This document shows positions 1-8,487 of a stretch of 64,000 bases of DNA, piece by piece; the stretch's first letter is position 1, and every line of letters starts with the position of its first letter. Position numbers and translations under genes: made by a program. The stretch lies in the IMG/VR virus record IMGVR_UViG_3300043499_000238, positions 47,141 to 111,140 of that record. One strand, written 5' to 3'. Origin of the DNA: a virus. The notes below the pieces were generated by a model. That model ran no database searches. It had not been told where the DNA came from and saw only the letters and a list, made by a program, of their open reading frames with translations.

Positions 1-2
1 TG

Positions 3-545
3 GTCGGCCGGGTTGGCCACCACCATGTTCCACGTCATGTGCTGTGGGCCGCAGTCCGAGCCGACCTGAACGACACCGACGAACACCGGATCGTCGTACT
101 CCTTGAAGGCGATCGACGTGCACCCCGACGTCAGCCCGTACTGGTCCATGATCGTGAGCGGATCAGCGGTGTACGGCACGGCGAAGTAGCTCAGTCCCGG
201 CACGTCGAAGCTCGTGTAGAACTTCTGGATGTCGGGCGAGGCCACGATCGAGGGCTGCCCCTCGGCAGCGGTCCCCTCCTCGGGGATGAACGCCGTCGTG
301 TTGACGTCCTGCCATGACGGAGGCACCGCCACCGCGATGGTGTGGCTGTCGTCCACCAGGGGCACGTAGCCCTCGGGGATCGGGATCGTCGTGGTCGGGC
401 CGCTGGGCACGGTCGTGGTCACTCCTGTGGTCGTTGGTGCTGCCGCCACGGTGGTCGGGGCCGTGGCGGCAGGGGTGGGTGGCGGCGCTGGCGAAGATGC
501 GTGCACCAGCGCCGCCAGAACGAGAGCTGCTCCTGAGATGATCAT
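3..545 (-). CDS. Secreted Pro/Thr-rich protein (runs off the left edge; partial)
   Basis: Read manually: ATG at 545 after AGGA, MIISGAALVLAALVHASSPAPPPTPAATAPTT..., signal-like N-terminus, P/T linker, then globular domain; open to window edge. Confidence 0.8.
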   Translation of the reverse strand, partial: MIISGAALVLAALVHASSPAPPPTPAATAPTTVAAAPTTTGVTTTVPSGPTTTIPIPEGYVPLVDDSHTIAVAVPPSWQDVNTTAFIPEEGTAAEGQPSIVASPDIQKFYTSFDVPGLSYFAVPYTADPLTIMDQYGLTSGCTSIAFKEYDDPVFVGVVQVGSDCGPQHMTWNMVVANPAD

Positions 546-553
546 CGTTGTTC

Positions 554-2584
554 CTAGCAGGTGAGTGGGAGGAGCATCCCAGGCGTGAACCCGGGCGGCA
601 GAGAGACGGACACCACCGGGTCGACCGGAGCCGTGGTGGGTGGTGCTGGGCAAGTCGTGGTGGGCGCAACGACGGTCGAAGTCGTCGTCGTACCCACCAC
701 GACACTCGTGGTCGACGTGATGACCGTGGTCGGTGTGACCACCGTGGTCGTCGTCGGCTCGGGATCGCCGCCAGGTGGCTGCGTGGTCGTGGTCGGTGGT
801 GCCAGGCAGTCGATGTCGTCGGCGTTGATCCGCTGACACATGACCACCTGAGCGGTGTTGCCCGCATCAGCGTCGCCGGTACCAATGATGTTGCCCGCAT
901 CGTCCAGAGCGAGCACCTGCACGGCGTCGCCTGACTGCACCCCGTTCACGTTGTTCCCCTGGCTCACGCTCTGCGTGGTGTTGTTGCCCGTGTTGGCGTT
1001 GGCCAGGCCCAGCGAGATGATCACCGTCACCTGACGCATGTTCGCCTGCGCTCCGGTGGCCGACGTGGTCGTCGTGTCGAGACCCTCGAACGAGGCGTCG
1101 AGGCGCAGCAGCACGCCCTGGAACGGCACGTCGATCCCCCGGCTGACGGCGTCCATCGTGGCGCCGTTGGCAGAGTCGTGCACGAGGGCGAGCATCTCGG
1201 CCATGAAGGCCGCCATCATCACGATCGATGAGGCGTCGTCGGCTGAGAGGGTCTGGATGCCGCCACCCAAGACGTTCCCTCCGGTGTTAGCTGCAGCGGC
1301 TCCCATGTTGGCCACGAGGACGTTCTGCACGATGTCCACCACACCGTCGCCCGATGAAGCCGCAAGAGCAACCTGGCGAACGAACGTGTCGCTGTCGTTA
1401 CCCACTGCGGTGGCGTCTCCACTGGAGATGGCGCCTGCCGCCGGGCCGTACCCGTACGACTGGAGCAGCGCCGGGAGGAGCATGGCGAAGAGGTCTTGTG
1501 CGTAGGCGTTGTCGTCGGTCGGGTCGGCGGAGAGAAGTCCACCAGCTACTCCTGAGATGTCGTTGATACCTGAGTTGGCGAGGGCGAAGCCCACGTTGAG
1601 CACCGTGGCGCGTTGCGTCACGTTGAGGGTCGCAGTGTCCTCACCGAGTAGCTGTGCGTACTGGTCGATGTTGGTGGTCGACAGGTTGCCGGTAGCGGCC
1701 GCATCACCGGCAGTGATCGCACCGCCCGAGCCGCCGGTAGCCCCGGCGCCCGTGACACCGTTCAGTCCGGTGTTCGCCGTACCGAGGCCCATCCACAGTG
1801 AGATGGCGAGCTGCCCGGCGTGGGCGTCGGTGTCCTCGTCGCCCGTCTCGCGCGCCGCCTGGGTGATGTATTGGCCGATATCGAGGCCGGTGGCGTCGGC
1901 GTCGCCCGTGGTGACGCCTGCGGTCAGTCCTGCTCCGCCTGGCGTGCTCGCAACGCCGTTGTAGCCGGAGTTGGCCAGTGCCACCCCAACATTGATGATG
2001 AGGGCCACCTGGACGACGTTGGCGATGGCTTGGTCCTGCAGCGTGATGTCAGCGCCCTGAGTGACGACATTGGCGTCCTGAGAGCCGACAGCGTCTGCAG
2101 CGCCAGTAGCGATGTCAGCAGGAAGCTGCCCACCGCCCGGCTGGCCAGAGTTGTCGACCGCATTGTTGCCTCCCGTGTTGGCGTTGGCCACCACGGTGGC
2201 GGTGACCACGGACTGCTGGTCCTGGTTGACCTGGTTGGGGTTGGAGGTAGGAGCGATCGCCACCGTCGTCTCGGCGTCGACCACCTGCTGCGGCGTGGTC
2301 ACAGAATCATTCGATGATTCGGTACCGACGGGCGCTGGCGCTGTGGTGGCTGCCTCGGTAGGCGCCGGGGTCGTCTCCGGGTCCGTCACCACGATCTGGA
2401 TCGTCGTGGGAGGATCGGTGTCGGGCGCCTGGGTGGTGGGAGCCTCAGTGACCGGCGCCGTGGTGGGCGCCTCGGTCGGCGGAGGTGTCTCCGGTGGAGT
2501 ACTGGCGTCCACCATCGCCGCACCGATCATGGTCAGTGCCGCCGTTGTGACGAAGGCCGTCACGAGCCTGATGCCGCGCATCAA
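554..2584 (-). CDS. Secreted protein with P/T linkers and N/T/G/A-rich repeats (ANTGxN, TGxAxAxG); ends LPLTC
   Basis: 676-aa ORF, signal peptide, repeated 'ANTGxN...TGDAxAxG' units. Confidence 0.8.
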   Translation of the reverse strand: MMRGIRLVTAFVTTAALTMIGAAMVDASTPPETPPPTEAPTTAPVTEAPTTQAPDTDPPTTIQIVVTDPETTPAPTEAATTAPAPVGTESSNDSVTTPQQVVDAETTVAIAPTSNPNQVNQDQQSVVTATVVANANTGGNNAVDNSGQPGGGQLPADIATGAADAVGSQDANVVTQGADITLQDQAIANVVQVALIINVGVALANSGYNGVASTPGGAGLTAGVTTGDADATGLDIGQYITQAARETGDEDTDAHAGQLAISLWMGLGTANTGLNGVTGAGATGGSGGAITAGDAAATGNLSTTNIDQYAQLLGEDTATLNVTQRATVLNVGFALANSGINDISGVAGGLLSADPTDDNAYAQDLFAMLLPALLQSYGYGPAAGAISSGDATAVGNDSDTFVRQVALAASSGDGVVDIVQNVLVANMGAAAANTGGNVLGGGIQTLSADDASSIVMMAAFMAEMLALVHDSANGATMDAVSRGIDVPFQGVLLRLDASFEGLDTTTTSATGAQANMRQVTVIISLGLANANTGNNTTQSVSQGNNVNGVQSGDAVQVLALDDAGNIIGTGDADAGNTAQVVMCQRINADDIDCLAPPTTTTQPPGGDPEPTTTTVVTPTTVITSTTSVVVGTTTTSTVVAPTTTCPAPPTTAPVDPVVSVSLPPGFTPGMLLPLTC

Positions 2585-2602
2585 ATCCGCCTTTCATGCA
2601 AA

Positions 2603-2631
2603 GGGGCGGGGCCACCGAAGCAGCCCCGCCC
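2603..2631 (-). terminator. GC hairpin between the 344-aa and 676-aa genes (terminator or mRNA stabiliser)
   Basis: GGGGCGGGGC...GCCCCGCCCC inverted repeat. Confidence 0.55.
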
Positions 2632-2666
2632 CAGGTTCTCCTCAGACTCCTCAGAGGAGAGGTTGG

Positions 2667-3701
2667 TCAGCCTGCGTCGCCGGTCGCCGCGGCCGAGTCG
2701 GCCGTGGTGTTGTCCTGCGTCTGCGTGACCGTCAACGTCGCGGTGTTGGTGGCCGTGGCCGCCCCCGTCGTGATGTTGTTGCTCGCCGTCGAGGCGTTGG
2801 TCCCGGTGTTGGTGTTGCCACCGCTGCTGGTCCCACCCGCACCACCGGTCGCCTCGGCGGCATCGCTGCCGCTGGCGGCCGACGCACCCGAGCCGCCGGA
2901 GGCGGACGAGGTCGAGTCGCTGGACGAGTCGCTGGTGTGGGCGCTGCCGCCGTCGGCGTCGCTGTCGGCGTCCTGCGACGCCGAGTTGCTCTGGTTCACC
3001 GTGTTGGTCGCCGTGTTGCCGCCCGAGTTGGACGAGGCGTCCTGGCTCACCGAAGCGTGCACGGTGGCGTCCTGGTAGACGCTCGCCGAAGCGCTGGCCT
3101 CCGCACCGGTCGGCGTCGAGGACGCCGCGGTGGCGCCGCCAGCCGAGGAGGCCGACGTGGCCGCCCCACCGGTCGCCGTCGCCGTGTTGGTGTTGTCGTT
3201 GGTCTGCTCCTGCGAGATGCCGCCGTTGACGGTGTTGCCCGCCGTGGCCGCACCGGCTGCGATGCCGTTGGTGGCGCCGCTCGTGTTGCCGCCCGTGTTG
3301 CCGTTGGTGGCATCGCTGCCGCCGCCGACTCCGCCGGTCGCCTTCACGCCGCCGCCGCCCTCGGCCGCCGAGGCGCCCGAGCCGGAAGCCGCCGAGACCT
3401 CGTCCTCGGAGCGGTCGCTCGAAGAAGCGTCCCCACCGTTGGCGTCGGAGTTGGACTCCTGGTCGGCGCTGTTGGACTGGTCGACGTAGTTGTACTCGAC
3501 GTTGTCCCCGGTGTTGGTGTACGCCTTCTGGCACAGCTCGACGTCGGCGACGGCCGACTGAGTCACGCTGGAGCTGGCGTCCGAGACGGCCGGATCGGGA
3601 GCCGGTGCCTCTTCGGCGGACGCCGCAGCGCCGACACCGATGGTCAACCCCGCCGAAGCGAGGGTGGCGAGAACGACTCGCCGGGTCTTGGAACGAAGCA
3701 T
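2667..3701 (-). CDS. Secreted low-complexity A/S/G/T/N/Q repeat protein
   Basis: 344-aa ORF, GGAGG RBS, signal peptide ending AASA, NTGxN repeats, almost no aromatic residues. Confidence 0.85.
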   Translation of the reverse strand: MLRSKTRRVVLATLASAGLTIGVGAAASAEEAPAPDPAVSDASSSVTQSAVADVELCQKAYTNTGDNVEYNYVDQSNSADQESNSDANGGDASSSDRSEDEVSAASGSGASAAEGGGGVKATGGVGGGSDATNGNTGGNTSGATNGIAAGAATAGNTVNGGISQEQTNDNTNTATATGGAATSASSAGGATAASSTPTGAEASASASVYQDATVHASVSQDASSNSGGNTATNTVNQSNSASQDADSDADGGSAHTSDSSSDSTSSASGGSGASAASGSDAAEATGGAGGTSSGGNTNTGTNASTASNNITTGAATATNTATLTVTQTQDNTTADSAAATGDAG

Positions 3702-3823
3702 TGTGCCTCCTGGTTCAGGGCGTTACCGCCGTTTGCTGCGCCGAGGGGTGCCTGAGTGGAAGCTGACCCGGTTACCCGCCGTCCCCGCCACACCGTGTTC
3801 CTCTCGACTCGGAGCGCAACCTA
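3702..3823 (-). promoter_or_regulatory. Putative -10 (TAGGTT) and ~110-nt structured 5' leader of the secreted-protein operon
   Basis: TAGGTT at 3823-3818; nested stems with two GUAA tetraloops (3769-3778, 3719-3730). Confidence 0.45.
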
Positions 3824-3899
3824 ACACAGATGTGGTGCGTGATGGAAGCGTTCACACACGCTTCTTTCAAGGATGTGGAGTGTTACGACTAGGTGACAA

Positions 3900-4157
3900 T
3901 CAACGACGTTGGCACCTGCGTGAGCGCCTACGCGACAAGACCCCGAGGTCACCTCCATCCTCGGGGTCTTGGGGTTCGGTCTTCGGCCTGCGGAACATGC
4001 GCAGACTGCGCTCGGGTGTCCACAGCGCCGACAGGTTGGCGCAGCGCGTTCGACGGCCCACCGACGACACGCCGATCGCCGCCTGGGTCAACGGTCGGGT
4101 GGCCGTCTTCGCCCATTCGTCGTACTGCGGTTTCGTGGGAGCTGGGTCGAGCTTCAC
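3900..4157 (-). CDS. Hypothetical protein (leaderless GTG start)
   Basis: GTG 6 nt after TACGGT (4169-4164); 3' part of the 3900-4244 ORF. Confidence 0.5.
   Translation of the reverse strand: MKLDPAPTKPQYDEWAKTATRPLTQAAIGVSSVGRRTRCANLSALWTPERSLRMFRRPKTEPQDPEDGGDLGVLSRRRSRRCQRR
3936..3971. terminator. Perfect 13-bp hairpin
   Basis: CAAGACCCCGAGG-N10-CCTCGGGGTCTTG. Confidence 0.6.
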
Positions 4158-4242
4158 GCTCCGACCGTAGATCCCCAGTGGCGAGGTGATGTTGTGGGTT
4201 ATGTCGTTGCAGTCATTCAACGACGTGTCTAGACTGCCACCC

Positions 4243-4353
4243 ATGAGCTATCGCCGTGGCACCCGCCGCAAGCGCATCGACTGGGGTGGCTACTTCGAGT
4301 GCGCCCTTCTCACTGTCGGGATCACGCTGATCGTCCTCGCGATCGCCATCTGA
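4243..4353 (+). CDS. 36-aa single-TM peptide
   Basis: MSYRRGTRRKRIDWGGYFECALLTVGITLIVLAIAI; preceded by TTGCAG-17-TAGACT-7-ATG. Confidence 0.6.
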   Translation: MSYRRGTRRKRIDWGGYFECALLTVGITLIVLAIAI

Positions 4354-4364
4354 ACGGAACCACC

Positions 4365-5006
4365 ATGAACCTCCGATCACGCCTCACTACTCACTCCGAC
4401 ACCGTGGCCGCCCGCAAGCGCGACAAGCGGTGGGCGCACTTCATCGCCACCTTCCCCGATCTCTACCGCATGACCGTGCTTGACCTCGGTGGCACCGTCA
4501 GCTCGTGGCAGCACGCGCCGGTCCAGCCTCTCCATGTCCACTGCATCAACCCGTGGGAGGACGAGGTGACCGAGGGGCGGATCACCTCCGAGCAGGAGGA
4601 CGCCTGCGTCCCTCTCGCCTGGAAGTCACGCCGCCAGGTGTACGACCTCGTCTACTCCAACTCGGTGATCGAGCACGTCGGCGGCCACCGCATGCGTATG
4701 CGGTTCGCCGAGGTCGTGCGGAACAAGGCGGTACGTCACTGGGTGCAGACGCCGTACCGCTACTTCCCGGTGGAGCCGCATGTGATGGCGCCGATGATCC
4801 AGTTCCTCCCCCTGGCGGCTCGGGCCAAGTTTGCCGAGTACTGGCCGCTGCACACCACGCCGCACGACTTCCGCGACTCGGTCGTCACGCAGATGAACAC
4901 CGAGCTGCTGGACATCACCCTGATGCGCCTCTACTTCCCCGGCAGCCAGATCCACTACGAGCGCATGGCCGGTCTGGTCAAGAGCATCACGGCAGTGCAG
5001 GCGTGA
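4365..5006 (+). CDS. Class I SAM-dependent methyltransferase
   Basis: Motif I VLDLGGT, 'DAC', 'YDLVYSNSVIEHVG', 'VQTPYRYFPVEPH'. Confidence 0.85.
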   Translation: MNLRSRLTTHSDTVAARKRDKRWAHFIATFPDLYRMTVLDLGGTVSSWQHAPVQPLHVHCINPWEDEVTEGRITSEQEDACVPLAWKSRRQVYDLVYSNSVIEHVGGHRMRMRFAEVVRNKAVRHWVQTPYRYFPVEPHVMAPMIQFLPLAARAKFAEYWPLHTTPHDFRDSVVTQMNTELLDITLMRLYFPGSQIHYERMAGLVKSITAVQA

Positions 5007-5131
5007 ACCTCGATGACCTCGCCGAGTGGCTGGAGCGTCACCCCGAGATCGAGTCGGTGACCATCACCGAGGTCACGGAGACCGTCGTCATACCCGAGCT
5101 GCCTCAGTACTTCAACGAACTTGACGGATAG
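5003..5131 (+). CDS. Small acidic hypothetical protein
   Basis: GTGA overlap with the methyltransferase stop; MNLDDLAEWLERHPEIES... Confidence 0.55.
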   Translation: MNLDDLAEWLERHPEIESVTITEVTETVVIPELPQYFNELDG

Positions 5132-5157
5132 ACCGCTCAGTGATGTATCATGAAACG

Positions 5158-5307
5158 ATGTTCGCAGCAGTCACGCATGAGACCGTGAAGCGCTCCAACA
5201 CCATCGGGATGCTGGTGATCATCATCCTCGTGCTCCTGGCCCTCCTGGTGCTCGACGTGGTCATCGAGATCGTGCGCATGCACGATCGTCCCAAAGATCG
5301 CCGCTGA
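5158..5307 (+). CDS. 49-aa single-TM protein
   Basis: TATCAT-6-ATG; hydrophobic stretch MLVIIILVLLALLVLDVVIEIV. Confidence 0.6.
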   Translation: MFAAVTHETVKRSNTIGMLVIIILVLLALLVLDVVIEIVRMHDRPKDRR

Positions 5308-5354
5308 CGTTCAGTTAGTCAGCGTCGAGGTCGCTGTCGGCGGACGGCGACAGC

Positions 5355-5390
5355 AAGAGGCCCACTCCTCCACGAGGGAGTGGGCCTCTT
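5355..5390. terminator. Bidirectional terminator between convergent genes
   Basis: 14-bp stem AAGAGGCCCACTCC...GGAGTGGGCCTCTT. Confidence 0.75.
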
Positions 5391-5394
5391 CGCG

Positions 5395-5556
5395 TCAGCC
5401 CTCGGGATCGTCCTCGTACAGCGCAGCCAGCTCTTCGCTGGCGGCCTCCATCGCCTCAGCGAGGCGCCCCACGATGGGGTAGGCCGCCGAGGGCAGCGCC
5501 TCTTCGAGATCGATGTGGCAGTGGATCATCGGCTGGCTGAGGTCGAGTCGGTTCAT
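5395..5556 (-). CDS. Small acidic hypothetical protein
   Basis: ATG 11 nt after the previous stop, GAGGGG RBS; MNRLDLSQPMIH... Confidence 0.55.
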   Translation of the reverse strand: MNRLDLSQPMIHCHIDLEEALPSAAYPIVGRLAEAMEAASEELAALYEDDPEG

Positions 5557-5567
5557 GGCGTACCCCT

Positions 5568-7598
5568 CTACCGGGTCGGCGGCAGCTCGGGCGGAGCTGT
5601 CGTGGTGGTCGTGGTCGTCGGCGGGAACGGCCCGTTCGGGTTGGCGCACGCCGCCGTCTCGGGGGGGTACTCCACGAACGCCGTGGCCGTGGGGTTCACC
5701 TCGTAGGTGAGGTTGATGCCGTCGCGTAGGTAGTCGTCGCTCGGGTCGAGCACCCAAAAGCCGTCGCTGTTCAGCTCCCAGCCGGGCACGTCGGCGATCG
5801 AGCCATCGGGGTTCACGGCGGTACCGGGGTACAGCACCTGGACCGTGGTGCCCGGCTCGTAGACCAGCGGCTGCGACGACACGAAGTTGCCGTTGACATC
5901 CCGCATCGTCAGCGTGCCAGTGCGGCCCGCCAGCGACGGGAACTGGTTGCGGAAGATGATCTGGATCGTCGGCACCTCACGCTGGCACACCGTCTCAGCG
6001 TCTCCGAAGGAGAAGAGGCTAGGGATTGGTGGCGGAACGCTGCTGCTCGTCGTCGTGCTTGTCGATGACGGCGATGATGTGGTCGAGGACGACGGGCTTG
6101 TGGTCGTCGTCGTGGGCGTACCCTGCGTCGTCGTCGGAGCAACCGTGGTGGACGTGGTCGTCACCGCGGGGAGCGAGGTGGTCGTCGTTGAGGCCGTCGT
6201 GGTTGTCGGGGCAGCCGTCGTCGTAGTGGTGCCCCCTCCGGGCACGCTCGTGCTCGTCGTCGTGCTGGTGCTGCTGGGGACGGTTGTCGTCGTGGATGTC
6301 GTGCTGCTTGTCGTGGTGGTGGCCGCTGCGGTAGTCGTAGGGCCAGGGGGCTGGGTAGTGGTAGTCGAGGTGCTCGTCGTCGGGGCCACCGTGGTGGTGG
6401 ACGTAGACGTGCTGGTAACCGGCACGGTGGAGGTCGTCGTTGAGGGCGCGGTGGTCGAAGACGTCGATGAGGTTGTTGTACCCGCTGTCGTCGTGGTCGT
6501 ACACGTTCCTGGGTAGGTCACCGAGGCCGTCGCCGTCTCCGGGCCGAGCGAGTAGATCAGGTTGACGTTCTGCGTCGTGTTCGGGTAGGGGATCGTCACC
6601 GTCTGGTTCGACTGGAAGACCAGGAACACCGACCCGCCCGTGCTGAACGACAGGACTCCGGTCTGACCGTCGAGATCCGGCCGGTTGCCGAAGGTGATCG
6701 TGATCGTCGGCTGGCCATCCACGCACGACGTGAAGACGTTAACGCCGAACAGGCTCACCCTCGGCTGCGTCGTCGTCGTCGTGGACGATGTGGTCGTAGT
6801 GGTCACGACGGTAGATGACGTTGTTGGGGCCGTAGACGTAGTCGAGGACGTGGATGTCGTCGGTGGAGAAGTCGTCGTAGTTGAGGTGGGCGGGGAAGTC
6901 GTCGTGGTCGTTGATGTCGGCACCGCCGTGGTCGAGGTGGTCGTGGTCGTGGTCGTTGGCGTACCGGTGCAGCCGAGCACGCTCGGCTCGTCCTGGCCGA
7001 TGTCGTAGGCGATCACGATGGAGCGGCCCTGGCGGTCAGCGAAGAACGCACCGTCGATCACACCGTTCCAGTTGGGGATCGAGTGGATGTCGACCGAGAT
7101 CGGGTTGTCGCCGGTCTGGAGCCGCTCATCGACTCCCGGCGTCCCGACGAACTTGCAGACGAAGACCTTGTGGCTGACCTCAGTCGTCGTGGTCGCGCCA
7201 CCCGGCAGCGTCGTCGTCGTCAGAGCTGGGGAGGTGGTAGTCGTCGTAGTCGAGGAGGGGGCCGTTGTTGACGACGTAGCCGTCGTCGTAGAGGTGGTAC
7301 TGGATGTGGGTGTCGCCGTGGTTGTAGTACCGCCGTCCACGGTGGTGGTGGTGCGAGGAGGCGATGTTGTCGTCGGCGCCACCGTCGTCGTGTACTTCGG
7401 GATGGTCGACGTCGGCGTGATCGTGTTGTGGGTCGTCGTCGTCGGGTTGTCGTGTGGGGTCGTGACCGGCGCCTGTGTGGTCGACGTCTCGTACCCGCCC
7501 CGGAAAGCGTCGCCAGGCACGTCGAAGAACGCCATCGTGGGCGCCCCCACCGCCACCACTGCTGCCACGGCCACAACTGCTGCTACCCGCACCTTCAT
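5568..7598 (-). CDS. Secreted mucin-like Thr/Ser-rich protein with three small Cys-containing domains; ends ELPPTR
   Basis: GGAGG RBS, signal peptide, long poly-Thr tracts, duplicated domain (SLF...C...PTI.I.F...L.G.TG.L...TV...YP). Confidence 0.85.
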   Translation of the reverse strand: MKVRVAAVVAVAAVVAVGAPTMAFFDVPGDAFRGGYETSTTQAPVTTPHDNPTTTTHNTITPTSTIPKYTTTVAPTTTSPPRTTTTVDGGTTTTATPTSSTTSTTTATSSTTAPSSTTTTTTSPALTTTTLPGGATTTTEVSHKVFVCKFVGTPGVDERLQTGDNPISVDIHSIPNWNGVIDGAFFADRQGRSIVIAYDIGQDEPSVLGCTGTPTTTTTTTSTTAVPTSTTTTTSPPTSTTTTSPPTTSTSSTTSTAPTTSSTVVTTTTTSSTTTTTQPRVSLFGVNVFTSCVDGQPTITITFGNRPDLDGQTGVLSFSTGGSVFLVFQSNQTVTIPYPNTTQNVNLIYSLGPETATASVTYPGTCTTTTTAGTTTSSTSSTTAPSTTTSTVPVTSTSTSTTTVAPTTSTSTTTTQPPGPTTTAAATTTTSSTTSTTTTVPSSTSTTTSTSVPGGGTTTTTAAPTTTTASTTTTSLPAVTTTSTTVAPTTTQGTPTTTTTSPSSSTTSSPSSTSTTTSSSVPPPIPSLFSFGDAETVCQREVPTIQIIFRNQFPSLAGRTGTLTMRDVNGNFVSSQPLVYEPGTTVQVLYPGTAVNPDGSIADVPGWELNSDGFWVLDPSDDYLRDGINLTYEVNPTATAFVEYPPETAACANPNGPFPPTTTTTTTAPPELPPTR

Positions 7599-7718
7599 CA
7601 ACGCCTCCCAGCATCACCAGATCGGACCCAAACTACTCGACCATCCTTGAAGCAGGTGACCCTACTCGCCCTGCCCTTGTTGTGCAATGTGGTTGAATGA
7701 TGGGGTACCATGGCCTGC

Positions 7719-8021
7719 ATGCAGGACTGGAACGTACCAATCGACGTCAGCCACCAGATCGCCAGGGCGATCCTCGGCAAGGTCCGCACCGACCTGATCG
7801 AGATCCACGAGGCCAACGCCTCCTGGGAGCCGTCGCCCGTACCCGACGACTGGCACCCCTCCCCCGACGACCACCTCCAGCCACGGGCCTACGCCATGCC
7901 GCTGCACGTCCTCGGCGATCGGTGGCTGAGACCGAGCCGCAAGGGTGATGTCGTGACGTTCTACGACTACTCGATGACCAACGTTCCACGACGAGGTTGT
8001 ATCCTTGAAGGACCGGGATGA
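7719..8021 (+). CDS. Hypothetical protein
   Basis: TACCAT-7-ATG leaderless start; ORF 7710-8021. Confidence 0.6.
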   Translation: MQDWNVPIDVSHQIARAILGKVRTDLIEIHEANASWEPSPVPDDWHPSPDDHLQPRAYAMPLHVLGDRWLRPSRKGDVVTFYDYSMTNVPRRGCILEGPG

Positions 8022-8037
8022 CCCACAGGAGTATCCG

Positions 8038-8475
8038 ATGACCCAGCCCTCCAAGCCCGAGGCCGACTCTCAGCCCCTCGTTGGCGCGAGCGAGGCCGCA
8101 GAGATCATGGACGTCGAGCTGTCGACGTTCTCGCACCTTCGTCGCCGGGAAGAGGCGGTCGAGGGATCGAAGTTCCCCAAGCCCGTGGCGATCCTTCGCT
8201 GCGGCCCGATCTGGAAGACGACCGACATCAAGCGGTTCGCCAACAAGTACGTGGCGCCGCGGCCCGGTCCCAAGCCTGCGGCCGAGGTGGCGAAGCCGAT
8301 CAAGAAGGTCGCTGCCCCGGCCAAGAAGGTGCCCGCCAAGGCGGTCGCCACCAACGGCCACACCGAGCCGGAGAAGGCGCCCGCCAAGAAGGTCGCCGCC
8401 AAGAAGACCGCTCCGCTGCCCACCAAGCGGCCGTTGAAGCGTGCCCCTCGCACCCCGGAGACCGTCGGGGTCTAA
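8038..8475 (+). CDS. AlpA/excisionase-like HTH DNA-binding protein with Lys/Ala/Pro-rich (histone H1-like) tail
   Basis: LVGASEAAEIMDV...FPKPVAILRCGPIWKTTDIKRF followed by PAKK repeats; AGGAG RBS. Confidence 0.8.
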   Translation: MTQPSKPEADSQPLVGASEAAEIMDVELSTFSHLRRREEAVEGSKFPKPVAILRCGPIWKTTDIKRFANKYVAPRPGPKPAAEVAKPIKKVAAPAKKVPAKAVATNGHTEPEKAPAKKVAAKKTAPLPTKRPLKRAPRTPETVGV

Positions 8476-8487
8476 CGTTGGTCAGCC

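Noticed and set aside
3702-3823. ydaO (c-di-AMP) or GEMM riboswitch
   Set aside because: Consensus segments not found in the right order on the coding strand; kept only as an unassigned structured leader.
1-8000. Prophage boundary or att site
   Set aside because: No integrase, tRNA or direct repeat recognised; whether the left-end genes are host or phage cannot be settled from this window.
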